Part shown: in pieces, positions 1 to 5,813 of the stretch | How the letters are laid out: each line of letters begins with the position of its first letter | Position numbering within the stretch: position 1 is the stretch's first letter | From: a virus | Taxonomy: Duplodnaviria > Heunggongvirae > Uroviricota > Caudoviricetes | Length of the DNA: 10,139 nucleotides | Strand: one strand, 5' to 3' | Virus record (IMG/VR): IMGVR_UViG_3300034082_002445 | Span: 1-10,139 of that record | Position numbers and translations under genes: made by a program | Notes under the pieces: model-generated | Database searches by the model: none | The model's input: the letters and a program-made list of their open reading frames with translations, nothing else | What the model was told of the DNA's origin: nothing

Positions 1-1557
1 GGTGCAACAGGTGCTCAAGGAGCTAAAGGTGACTTAGGTGCTCAAGGAGCAAAAGGTGATTTAGGACCTCAAGGTAATATTGGAAATACAGGTGCTCAAG
101 GAGCAAAAGGTGATCTAGGACCTCAAGGTAATATTGGAAATACAGGTGCTCAAGGAGCAAAAGGTGATCTAGGACCTCAAGGTAATATTGGAAATACAGG
201 TGCTCAAGGAGCTAAAGGTGATCAAGGAGCAACTGGGATTGGAATAGATGGTGCTCAAGGAGCTAAAGGTGATTTAGGTGCAACAGGAGCTCAAGGAGCA
301 AAAGGTGATGCTGGAATTGGAACTACTGGTGCTCAAGGAGCAAAAGGTGACTTAGGTGCAACAGGAGCTCAAGGAGCAAAAGGTGACTTAGGTGCAACAG
401 GTGCTCAAGGAGCAAAAGGTGACTTAGGTGCAACAGGAGCTCAAGGAGCAAAAGGTGACTTAGGTACAAAAGGAGATCAAGGAGCCAAAGGTGACTTAGG
501 TACAAAAGGAGATCAAGGAGCAACAGGAATTGGAATTGATGGAGCTCAAGGAGCTAAAGGTGACTTAGGTGCAACAGGTGCTCAAGGAGATAAAGGTGAT
601 ACTGGAATTGGAACTACTGGAGCTCAAGGAGCTAAGGGTGAAATCGGTGTTACAGGTGCTCAAGGAGCTAAAGGCGAAATTGGTGTAAAAGGAGATCAAG
701 GAGCTAAAGGTGACTTAGGTACAAAAGGAGATCAAGGTGCTCAAGGCGATTTAGGACCACAAGGTGCTCAAGGAGCAACAGGACCCGCTGGTTTATCTGG
801 AGTTGATGGAGCGCAAGGTGCAACTGGAACTGGAACTACTGGACCAACTGGACCAACTGGACCAACTGGAACAACTGGACCGACAGGTGCTCAAGGAGCT
901 AAAGGTGACTTAGGTACAACAGGTGCTCAAGGAGCAAAAGGTGAAGTTGGTGTAAAAGGTGCTCAAGGAGCAACCGGAGCAGGAACACCAGGACCAGGTG
1001 GAACACCAGGATCTGATGGAGCTCAAGGTGCAACTGGACCCGCTGGTGCAGGTGGAGGTGTTTCAGGTTACGTTCAACTAGTATTAGCAGCTAACATTCC
1101 AAACCCTGTTAATTTATTTTTACCAATGACACTTAGTACTGAACATGATACATTAAATAGAGTAACAAGTCCGGGTGGACAATACACTGCTATTAACATC
1201 TTATCTGGTGAAATATGGGAAGTTGAAGCGCATGTAACTTCATTTAATAACGCGCTTCAACATGGTATAACACTAGCATGGGTCACAGGAGCTGGAACAT
1301 TAAACGAGGATTTTGAGCCAATTAAAACAGCTCAGATACCTGGTTTTCAAGATCATCCAGTAACATGTCATATTAGTGCTATAATAAGACCTAATGACAA
1401 TCGACAATTGGCATTAATAAATTTAGTCGCATCTAGTAATTGTACAATTTTAGCACAAGATTATCCACTGGTCCAATTAGGTGGTAATAGTTTCACGAAT
1501 GAAGATTGGAATGGCAAAGGAAAAGTAACTTGGTTATATGCTCATAGAATATCTTAA
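1..1557 (+). CDS. Collagen-like (Gly-X-Y) fibre protein, 5'-truncated, with ~165-aa C-terminal globular domain (possibly C1q/BclA-CTD-like); likely virion fibre/adhesin
   Basis: Frame +1 translated by hand is open from base 1 to TAA at 1555-1557. About 350 residues of G-X-Y (GAQ, GAK, GDL, GAT, GPT) run to ~1050, then GGGVSGYVQLVLAAN... continues in frame into the track ORF 1126..1557. The C1q/BclA-like fold is inferred from the beta-strand pattern only. Confidence 0.9.
   Translation, partial: GATGAQGAKGDLGAQGAKGDLGPQGNIGNTGAQGAKGDLGPQGNIGNTGAQGAKGDLGPQGNIGNTGAQGAKGDQGATGIGIDGAQGAKGDLGATGAQGAKGDAGIGTTGAQGAKGDLGATGAQGAKGDLGATGAQGAKGDLGATGAQGAKGDLGTKGDQGAKGDLGTKGDQGATGIGIDGAQGAKGDLGATGAQGDKGDTGIGTTGAQGAKGEIGVTGAQGAKGEIGVKGDQGAKGDLGTKGDQGAQGDLGPQGAQGATGPAGLSGVDGAQGATGTGTTGPTGPTGPTGTTGPTGAQGAKGDLGTTGAQGAKGEVGVKGAQGATGAGTPGPGGTPGSDGAQGATGPAGAGGGVSGYVQLVLAANIPNPVNLFLPMTLSTEHDTLNRVTSPGGQYTAINILSGEIWEVEAHVTSFNNALQHGITLAWVTGAGTLNEDFEPIKTAQIPGFQDHPVTCHISAIIRPNDNRQLALINLVASSNCTILAQDYPLVQLGGNSFTNEDWNGKGKVTWLYAHRIS
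64..222 (+). repeat. 54-nt coding tandem repeat x3 (GPQGNIGNTGAQGAKGDL)
   Basis: Near-identical units start at 64, 118 and 172. Confidence 0.9.
328..465 (+). repeat. 36-nt coding tandem repeat x~3.8 (GAQGAKGDLGAT)
   Basis: Units start at 328, 364, 400 and 436; the complete units differ only at a synonymous site. Confidence 0.9.
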
Positions 1558-1578
1558 AATTAAAGAGATACATATTAT

Positions 1579-2034
1579 ATGAAAATTACAAAAATAGCTT
1601 CGAAAGGTTTGGATTTAATCAAATCCTTTGAAGGTTTAAAACTAAAACCATATTTATGTTCTGCCAACGTACCAACTATCGGTTACGGCAATACATTTTA
1701 TGAGAACAAAGCCAAAGTCACTTTAAAGGACTCGGCTATTACAGAACAACGTGCAGTAGAACTACTAGCCTGGTCATTAAAGGGCTTTGAGCAATACGTT
1801 GATTCATATTGTATAGATACTATTACTCAAAATCAATTCGATGCGCTAGTCAGCTTCTGTTACAATCTAGGACCTGCTAACCTAAAATCAAGTACATTGC
1901 TTAAAAAAGTTAATGCTAATCCAAACGATCCAACTATTAGAGCTGAGTTTTTAAAATGGAACAAAGCTGGAGGTAGAGCACTTACAGGTCTAACCAGACG
2001 AAGAACAGCTGAAGCTAATCTTTATTTTTCATAA
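1579..2034 (+). CDS. Phage lysozyme/endolysin, glycoside hydrolase family 24
   Basis: FEGLKLKPYLCSANVPTIGYG gives the GH24 E-x8-(D/C)-x5-T catalytic spacing. QNQFDALVSFCYNLG and LTRRRTAEANLY match typical GH24 C-terminal motifs. No signal or SAR segment is visible. Confidence 0.95.
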   Translation: MKITKIASKGLDLIKSFEGLKLKPYLCSANVPTIGYGNTFYENKAKVTLKDSAITEQRAVELLAWSLKGFEQYVDSYCIDTITQNQFDALVSFCYNLGPANLKSSTLLKKVNANPNDPTIRAEFLKWNKAGGRALTGLTRRRTAEANLYFS

Positions 2035-2037
2035 TCC

Positions 2038-2066
2038 TGAAACATAGAGATCTTTGGTTGTATAAT
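2038..2066 (+). promoter_or_regulatory. Putative promoter TGAAAC-N17-TATAAT upstream of tRNA-Arg
   Basis: GAAAC 2039-2043 and TATAAT 2061-2066; the same spacing recurs at 2871 and 6487. Confidence 0.6.
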
Positions 2067-2072
2067 CAATAT

Positions 2073-2146
2073 GATCTCGTAGCTCAGCTGGATAGAGCAA
2101 CTGCCTTCTAAGCAGTAGGTCACAGGTTCGAATCCTGTCGGGATCA
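2073..2146 (+). tRNA. tRNA-Arg(UCU), CCA not encoded
   Basis: Acceptor GATCTCG/CGGGATC, D stem GCTC/GAGC, anticodon stem ACTGC/GCAGT with loop CT-TCT-AA (anticodon 2107-2109), T arm ACAGG-TTCGAAT-CCTGT, discriminator A2146 followed by CAA. Confidence 0.97.
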
Positions 2147-2172
2147 CAACTAAATATAAATATAATATTAAT

Positions 2173-2766
2173 ATGGCTCGTCAAAATTTATTAATTATAG
2201 ATAATTTCTATAATGATGCAGAACAGGTTAGAGAATTAGCTCTAAAACAAGATTTCTGTGTTAGGGGTAATTACCCAGGACAACGTACAGTTCCCATGAC
2301 AAATGATTCTGTCAAAACACTGCTTGCAAATGCAGTTAGACCAATGGCTGGTGAAATTATTTATTGGCCGACAGAAGAAAACAGTTATAATGGAGCATTC
2401 CAATATACTACTCAAAGAGATCGTAGTTGGATTCATGCAGATCATACTACAACATGGGCTGCAGTTTGCTATTTAACACCAAATGCACCAATCACAGGAG
2501 GTACAGGTTTATTTAGACATAAAGAAACTGGACTTTTCTCGGCACCAAGATTGGCAAATGGCAAAATGGATGATATATGGATGAGCGATATTTATAAAGA
2601 TTCTCAAGACATGACTAAATGGGATCTTGTTGACTTTGTCGGCAATAAATTTAATCGTTTAGTAATGTACCGTGGAGATTTATTTCATACGTCAATGGAC
2701 TACTTTGGACGTGATATATACGATGGAAGATTATTCCAAACGTTCTTTTTTAGCACTGAAAGATAA
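2173..2766 (+). CDS. 2OG-Fe(II)-dependent oxygenase-like protein (DUF6445-like)
   Basis: N-terminal IIDNFY, H-x-D (H 2434, D 2440), distal His (2686), conserved Arg in GRL (2728), plus GGT and FNRLV strands typical of the double-stranded beta-helix fold. Family assignment is from recall. Confidence 0.8.
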   Translation: MARQNLLIIDNFYNDAEQVRELALKQDFCVRGNYPGQRTVPMTNDSVKTLLANAVRPMAGEIIYWPTEENSYNGAFQYTTQRDRSWIHADHTTTWAAVCYLTPNAPITGGTGLFRHKETGLFSAPRLANGKMDDIWMSDIYKDSQDMTKWDLVDFVGNKFNRLVMYRGDLFHTSMDYFGRDIYDGRLFQTFFFSTER

Positions 2767-2772
2767 TAATAC

Positions 2773-2860
2773 GGAAGGATGGCAGAGTTGGTCGATTGCG
2801 TCAGACTTGAAATCTGATGTACCCTAGCGGGTACCGTGGGTTCGAATCCTACTCCTTCCG
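2773..2860 (+). tRNA. tRNA-Ser(UGA), class II long variable arm, CCA not encoded
   Basis: Acceptor GGAAGGA/TCCTTCC, anticodon stem TCAGA/TCTGA with loop CT-TGA-AA (anticodon 2808-2810), variable arm GTACCC-tagc-GGGTAC, T arm GTGGG-TTCGAAT-CCTAC, discriminator G2860, then CAC and a T7 run. Confidence 0.97.
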
Positions 2861-2869
2861 CACTTTTTT

Positions 2870-2898
2870 TGAAACAAAGATAATATCTACAGTATAAT
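2870..2898 (+). promoter_or_regulatory. Putative promoter TGAAAC-N17-TATAAT upstream of the small lipoprotein
   Basis: GAAAC 2871-2875 and TATAAT 2893-2898. The 3' part (aatatctacagtataat) also resembles the promoter class at 5157. Confidence 0.6.
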
Positions 2899-2928
2899 AA
2901 ACTCAATTAACAACTAAAACAAACAAAG

Positions 2929-3093
2929 ATGAAAAAAGCAATTTTCGCAATCGCAGCAGTATTGACATTGGCTTTCACGGCATGTTCAACTACTCCAACA
3001 ACGGAAACTACGTCAACAACTGACAGTACTACTGTTATCGTTGATTCACTTGCAGTTGACTCAGCTATCGTAGCTGATACTTTAAGCAAGTAA
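2929..3093 (+). CDS. 54-aa lipoprotein (SPase II signal, Cys19), Ser/Thr/Asp-rich mature peptide; not in the ORF track
   Basis: MKKAIFAIAAVLTLAFTA-C-STTPTTETTSTTDSTTVIVDSLAVDSAIVADTLSK*. It has a basic N-region, a hydrophobic H-region and lipobox F-T-A-C, with an A-rich leader and promoter upstream and a terminator downstream. Confidence 0.88.
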   Translation: MKKAIFAIAAVLTLAFTACSTTPTTETTSTTDSTTVIVDSLAVDSAIVADTLSK

Positions 3094-3099
3094 TTATCA

Positions 3100-3138
3100 A
3101 GAAGGAAAAGGTCCATAGGGCCTTTTCCTTTTATTTTT
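3100..3138 (+). terminator. Intrinsic terminator after the lipoprotein gene
   Basis: Stem AAGGAAAAGGTCC (3102-3114) / GGGCCTTTTCCTT (3118-3130) with one G-U pair and loop ATA, followed by TTATTTTT. Confidence 0.85.
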
Positions 3139-3142
3139 AAAG

Positions 3143-3159
3143 AATATTGGGTGCCCACC
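3143..3159. repeat. Left copy of inverted repeat (core GGTGCCCACC, 3150-3159)
   Basis: Perfect 10-bp reverse complement of 4033-4042; 15/17 Watson-Crick pairs with 4033-4049 when extended. Confidence 0.65.
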
Positions 3160-3164
3160 AATTT

Positions 3165-3220
3165 GAGGTCCTGAGTCAATAATGGCTTTAGAGTTGTCAT
3201 AACGGCAACAAGAGGATTTT
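3165..3220 (+). ncRNA. Candidate cis-regulatory three-way-junction RNA in the 5' leader of 3241..4026
   Basis: P1 GAGGUCCU(3165-3172)/AGGAUUUU(3213-3220); P2 GAGUCA-AUAA-UGGCUU (3173-3188); P3 GUUGUC-AUAAC-GGCAAC (3193-3209). Folded by hand; it relies on several G-U pairs. Confidence 0.45.
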
Positions 3221-3240
3221 AATAAAAACCAACAGGTATC

Positions 3241-4026
3241 ATGAATAATACAACAACAGCGTTTATTACGCGAAGTAAAAGCCGTCTTAAGATCTACGGT
3301 GAAAACGTCTACATGAAAAGTGGAGAGAATTTCGAAATAGAACTTTTTAATGGTCATACAGACAATGTAATGGCTAAAATTTGGATCAATAATAAATTGA
3401 TCTCAGAAAGCGGTTTAGTTCTTAAACCAGGACAACGTTACTTTTTAGAACGTTTTATCGATTCCAACAACAAATTTAAATATGAAACCTATGCAGTAGA
3501 TGGTTCTGGCGATACAAGCAGAGCTATTGCAAATAATGGTTTAGTCAAAGTTGAATTTTACAAAGAAACATGTTTTAATTCGATCTTTTCAAAACCTCCT
3601 ATTTTTGGAGGTTCATGGACAACATATCCAAATTGGAATCAACCATATTACCAACAACCAATTGGCGCACCGATAGGCGTACCAAATATTTGGTGTGGTA
3701 GTTCACTAACAGGTGGTACTGTAAATAATGCAAACTTAACTGTTACAAACAGTTCAAATGCTAATTTTTCTTTTACGTCAAGTGTATCTCAAGATAGTAT
3801 AGAAACTGGTAGAATTGAAAAAGGTGGAGCATCAGATCAAAGTTTTGTTTCTATAAACATGAATTTTGAATCAATTCCATTTGCAACTTCAAATTGGCAC
3901 ATATTGCCACATTCGATCCAACCAATGGAAGTCTCTCAATTGAGAAACTACTGTGCTGGATGTGGAACAAGAGTTAAAAAACAGTCATGGAAATTCTGCC
4001 CATCGTGTGGTGAGAGTCTAGACTAA
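3241..4026 (+). CDS. Hypothetical protein: N-terminal beta-rich domain, Q/P/N/T-rich linker, C-terminal zinc ribbon
   Basis: 261-aa ORF ending in CAGC-x11-CPSC (YCAGCGTRVKKQSWKFCPSCG). Confidence 0.85.
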   Translation: MNNTTTAFITRSKSRLKIYGENVYMKSGENFEIELFNGHTDNVMAKIWINNKLISESGLVLKPGQRYFLERFIDSNNKFKYETYAVDGSGDTSRAIANNGLVKVEFYKETCFNSIFSKPPIFGGSWTTYPNWNQPYYQQPIGAPIGVPNIWCGSSLTGGTVNNANLTVTNSSNANFSFTSSVSQDSIETGRIEKGGASDQSFVSINMNFESIPFATSNWHILPHSIQPMEVSQLRNYCAGCGTRVKKQSWKFCPSCGESLD

Positions 4027-4032
4027 AATTCA

Positions 4033-4049
4033 GGTGGGCACCTAATTTT
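4033..4049. repeat. Right copy of inverted repeat (core GGTGGGCACC, 4033-4042); can also form a local hairpin before a T-run
   Basis: Reverse complement of 3150-3159. Local alternative fold: AAAATT-c-AGGT-gggc-ACCT-AATTTT. Confidence 0.65.
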
Positions 4050-4071
4050 TAATATATGGCAAAGAAACAAC
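4045..4071 (+). repeat. 27-bp direct repeat, copy 1
   Basis: ATTTTTAATATATGGCAAAGAAACAAC, identical to 4863-4889. Confidence 0.95.
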
Positions 4072-4091
4072 TCAATAAAAATATAAAATAA
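4056..4091 (+). pseudogene. 11-codon remnant/minigene MAKKQLNKNIK*, a duplicated start of gene 4874..5086
   Basis: The first 5 codons are identical to those of 4874..5086. TAA 4089-4091 overlaps ATG 4091 (TAATG). Confidence 0.7.
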
Positions 4092-4861
4092 TGCAAAATA
4101 CAAAAACATATATTGACATTTTAAAAGATGTTAAAAAAGAATATTTAGAAGATACTAGAAGAAATGAAAGTTGGAGATGTAAAAACATTATAACTTCAAT
4201 GCCATTTTATGAAACAAAATTTTATAAAGATTATTACGATTATGCATTACATATTTATAATAAATTAAAATTTAGTAATATACTTAAATTTAATACTTGG
4301 AAATTAGCAATGATTCCAAGTACCGAAGGATTTAATAATTATGATATATGGAATAAATTTACATTTAAATTAAATGATATTATATCATCAACATGGCATA
4401 TAAAACAATCACACCATTATTTTAAATATGAAGAATATACTGGAAAATCAATAAATGACTTTGATAGAATTGTTGAATTTGGCGGTGGCTGTGGTGATAT
4501 GTGTAAGTTTATTAAACAAATGGGGTTTGATGGTGAATATATTATCATAGATCTTCCTGAAGTTCATGAAATACAAAAAAATAATCTTATAAGTTATTAT
4601 AATATAAAATTCGAGACTAATCCAATTAAAGGGGATGAAAACAAAAGAACATTATTTATGGCAACATGGTCTATATCAGAAACAACATTAGAATTAAGAA
4701 ATGAAATTATAAACACACTTCAACCAAATGAATATCTAATAGTATATCAAAGACAATTCGAAAATATTTCTAATGTTAAATGGTTTAAAGATTGGAAAGG
4801 ATATAGGGAGGAATTGCCGTGGATCGTATGGGATGGCGGTAGTGAATATATTTTAAAATAA
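4091..4861 (+). CDS. Class I SAM-dependent methyltransferase, resembling putative sugar O-methyltransferases
   Basis: Motif I IVEFGGGCG, acidic motif II YIIIDLPE, motif IV LFMATWSISE. Hand count gives about 24% GC. Confidence 0.85.
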   Translation: MQNTKTYIDILKDVKKEYLEDTRRNESWRCKNIITSMPFYETKFYKDYYDYALHIYNKLKFSNILKFNTWKLAMIPSTEGFNNYDIWNKFTFKLNDIISSTWHIKQSHHYFKYEEYTGKSINDFDRIVEFGGGCGDMCKFIKQMGFDGEYIIIDLPEVHEIQKNNLISYYNIKFETNPIKGDENKRTLFMATWSISETTLELRNEIINTLQPNEYLIVYQRQFENISNVKWFKDWKGYREELPWIVWDGGSEYILK

Positions 4862-4862
4862 T

Positions 4863-4889
4863 ATTTTTAATATATGGCAAAGAAACAAC
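4863..4889 (+). repeat. 27-bp direct repeat, copy 2
   Basis: Identical to 4045-4071; contains the ATG of 4874..5086. Confidence 0.95.
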
Positions 4890-5086
4890 AAGAACCATTA
4901 GAACCAGCAACAAAATTCACACGAGTTTATGTTAGTGAAGATTCAACTGCCACGTGGCATTTTGATTTAACAAAGTTTCAGAATGGCCCAATCAAGGTAG
5001 AAATAGAATACTCTAAGGAATACATAGCAAAGTTATTTCCCAAGCCGGTCAAGAAGACAAGAAAAACCAGAACAAAAGTTAAGTAA
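4874..5086 (+). CDS. Small hypothetical protein with basic C-terminal tail
   Basis: 70-aa ORF ending KPVKKTRKTRTKVK; followed by a hairpin/T-run. Confidence 0.75.
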   Translation: MAKKQQEPLEPATKFTRVYVSEDSTATWHFDLTKFQNGPIKVEIEYSKEYIAKLFPKPVKKTRKTRTKVK

Positions 5087-5103
5087 TTGTTCGTAACTTT
5101 TTT

Positions 5104-5139
5104 AAATCCGGGTGAAAATACTTTCGTCCGGATTTTTTT
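5104..5139 (+). terminator. Terminator-like hairpin
   Basis: AAATCCGG(5104-5111)/CCGGATTT(5128-5135), extended by two G-U pairs and GAAA/TTTC, loop ATAC; T7 run at 5133-5139. Confidence 0.65.
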
Positions 5140-5172
5140 ATGTCAAATATTTGGTGTATATTTACAGTATAA
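5133..5172 (+). promoter_or_regulatory. Repeated promoter module A (TATATTTACA, similar to the Bacteroidota -7 element TAnnTTTG)
   Basis: 36/40 identical to 8230-8269; lies 17 nt upstream of ATG 5190. Confidence 0.7.
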
Positions 5173-5189
5173 TTAAAAGAAAGAAGAAT

Positions 5190-5417
5190 ATGATTTACAA
5201 AACTCTTAAAAACATCGATTTTCAAGCAGCTCAAGAGCTTTTTTATGGCAAAGAAGTTTTAACAGCTGAAGAAGCTCAATTGGTTAAAGAATTTATGCCT
5301 AAGGCAGCTAAAGAATATTTGTTTCATAATGATTGGAACAATACTTGGTTAAACCTTAACGTTTATTCTGAGGTTGAAAAAGAAAAGCGTGACTTAGCAA
5401 TAGAAATGGGATACTAA
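5190..5417 (+). CDS. Hypothetical protein, 75 aa (start revised from GTG 5112 to ATG 5190)
   Basis: ATG 5190 follows promoter A and an A-rich leader; the track's upstream extension runs through the terminator and promoter. Confidence 0.75.
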   Translation: MIYKTLKNIDFQAAQELFYGKEVLTAEEAQLVKEFMPKAAKEYLFHNDWNNTWLNLNVYSEVEKEKRDLAIEMGY

Positions 5418-5554
5418 TCCAATACAACCAGATTGCACCCAATTCTTTTAATCTTAGTTATTATAAGTTAACTAAGCAAAGAGACTTAAAGCGCCAGAGA
5501 GCTTCTAATGACTTCTGAAACAAAACAGCAATTTAACCATAAGATAATAAAAAG

Positions 5555-5809
5555 ATGAGCAAAGAAATCGAAACATTTGACCAAATTTGGGATCAACACA
5601 TTAAACCAATTCTTAAGAATCAAGAAGACTGGAAATCACCAATCGATGGTTTAATACCCGAAAATCAATATAATAAAATCAATGAAGTAGTTGAGTTTCT
5701 TACTGGAACTTCTTTAGAGATTACCAATACATTTAGCACAGAAGAATCTGAAACGCTATATGAAGTTAAATCGCCAGGATACTCAAAGGGTCCAGCATCA
5801 AATTTTTAA
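5555..5809 (+). CDS. Hypothetical protein, 84 aa
   Basis: ORF with A-rich leader and codon usage like its neighbours; no recognisable motif. Confidence 0.75.
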   Translation: MSKEIETFDQIWDQHIKPILKNQEDWKSPIDGLIPENQYNKINEVVEFLTGTSLEITNTFSTEESETLYEVKSPGYSKGPASNF

Positions 5810-5813
5810 AACC

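Noticed and set aside
323-523. Leu/His-rich minus-strand ORF
   Set aside because: Antisense shadow of the collagen repeats.
1-1050. CRISPR-like array
   Set aside because: Repeats are contiguous multiples of 9 nt that encode G-X-Y, with no unique spacers.
1126-1557. Stand-alone 143-aa gene as given by the track
   Set aside because: In frame with the collagen region with no intervening stop; it is the C-terminal domain of a longer gene.
2155-2162. T4-type late promoter TATAAATA
   Set aside because: Single copy in a very AT-rich spacer, not seen before other genes in the window; chance is likely.
2173-2766. Oxygenase as prolyl 4-hydroxylase for the collagen
   Set aside because: The visible collagen has Pro almost only in the X position (only two G-T-P triplets place it at Y), so there is little canonical substrate.
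2773-2860. Selenocysteine or opal-suppressor tRNA
   Set aside because: The anticodon is UGA (reads UCA, Ser), not UCA; the acceptor stem is a standard 7 bp with G73.
2929-3093. Lipoprotein as an o-spanin or u-spanin
   Set aside because: No i-spanin partner, no Pro-rich or coiled-coil region, no C-terminal TM helix, and it is a separate transcription unit from the lysozyme.
2907-3357. Minus-strand ORFs 2907..3200 and 3097..3357 (also 2242..2445, 2700..2906)
   Set aside because: They overlap well-supported + strand genes, a tRNA or a terminator, and have no recognisable features.
4045-4889. IS element or transposon
   Set aside because: No transposase motif and no terminal inverted repeats inside the duplication; 27 bp is much longer than typical IS target-site duplications.
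5516-5543. Fourth GAAAC promoter (TGAAAC at 5516)
   Set aside because: No TATAA at 17-nt spacing (only CATAAG at 16 nt); at best a weak variant.
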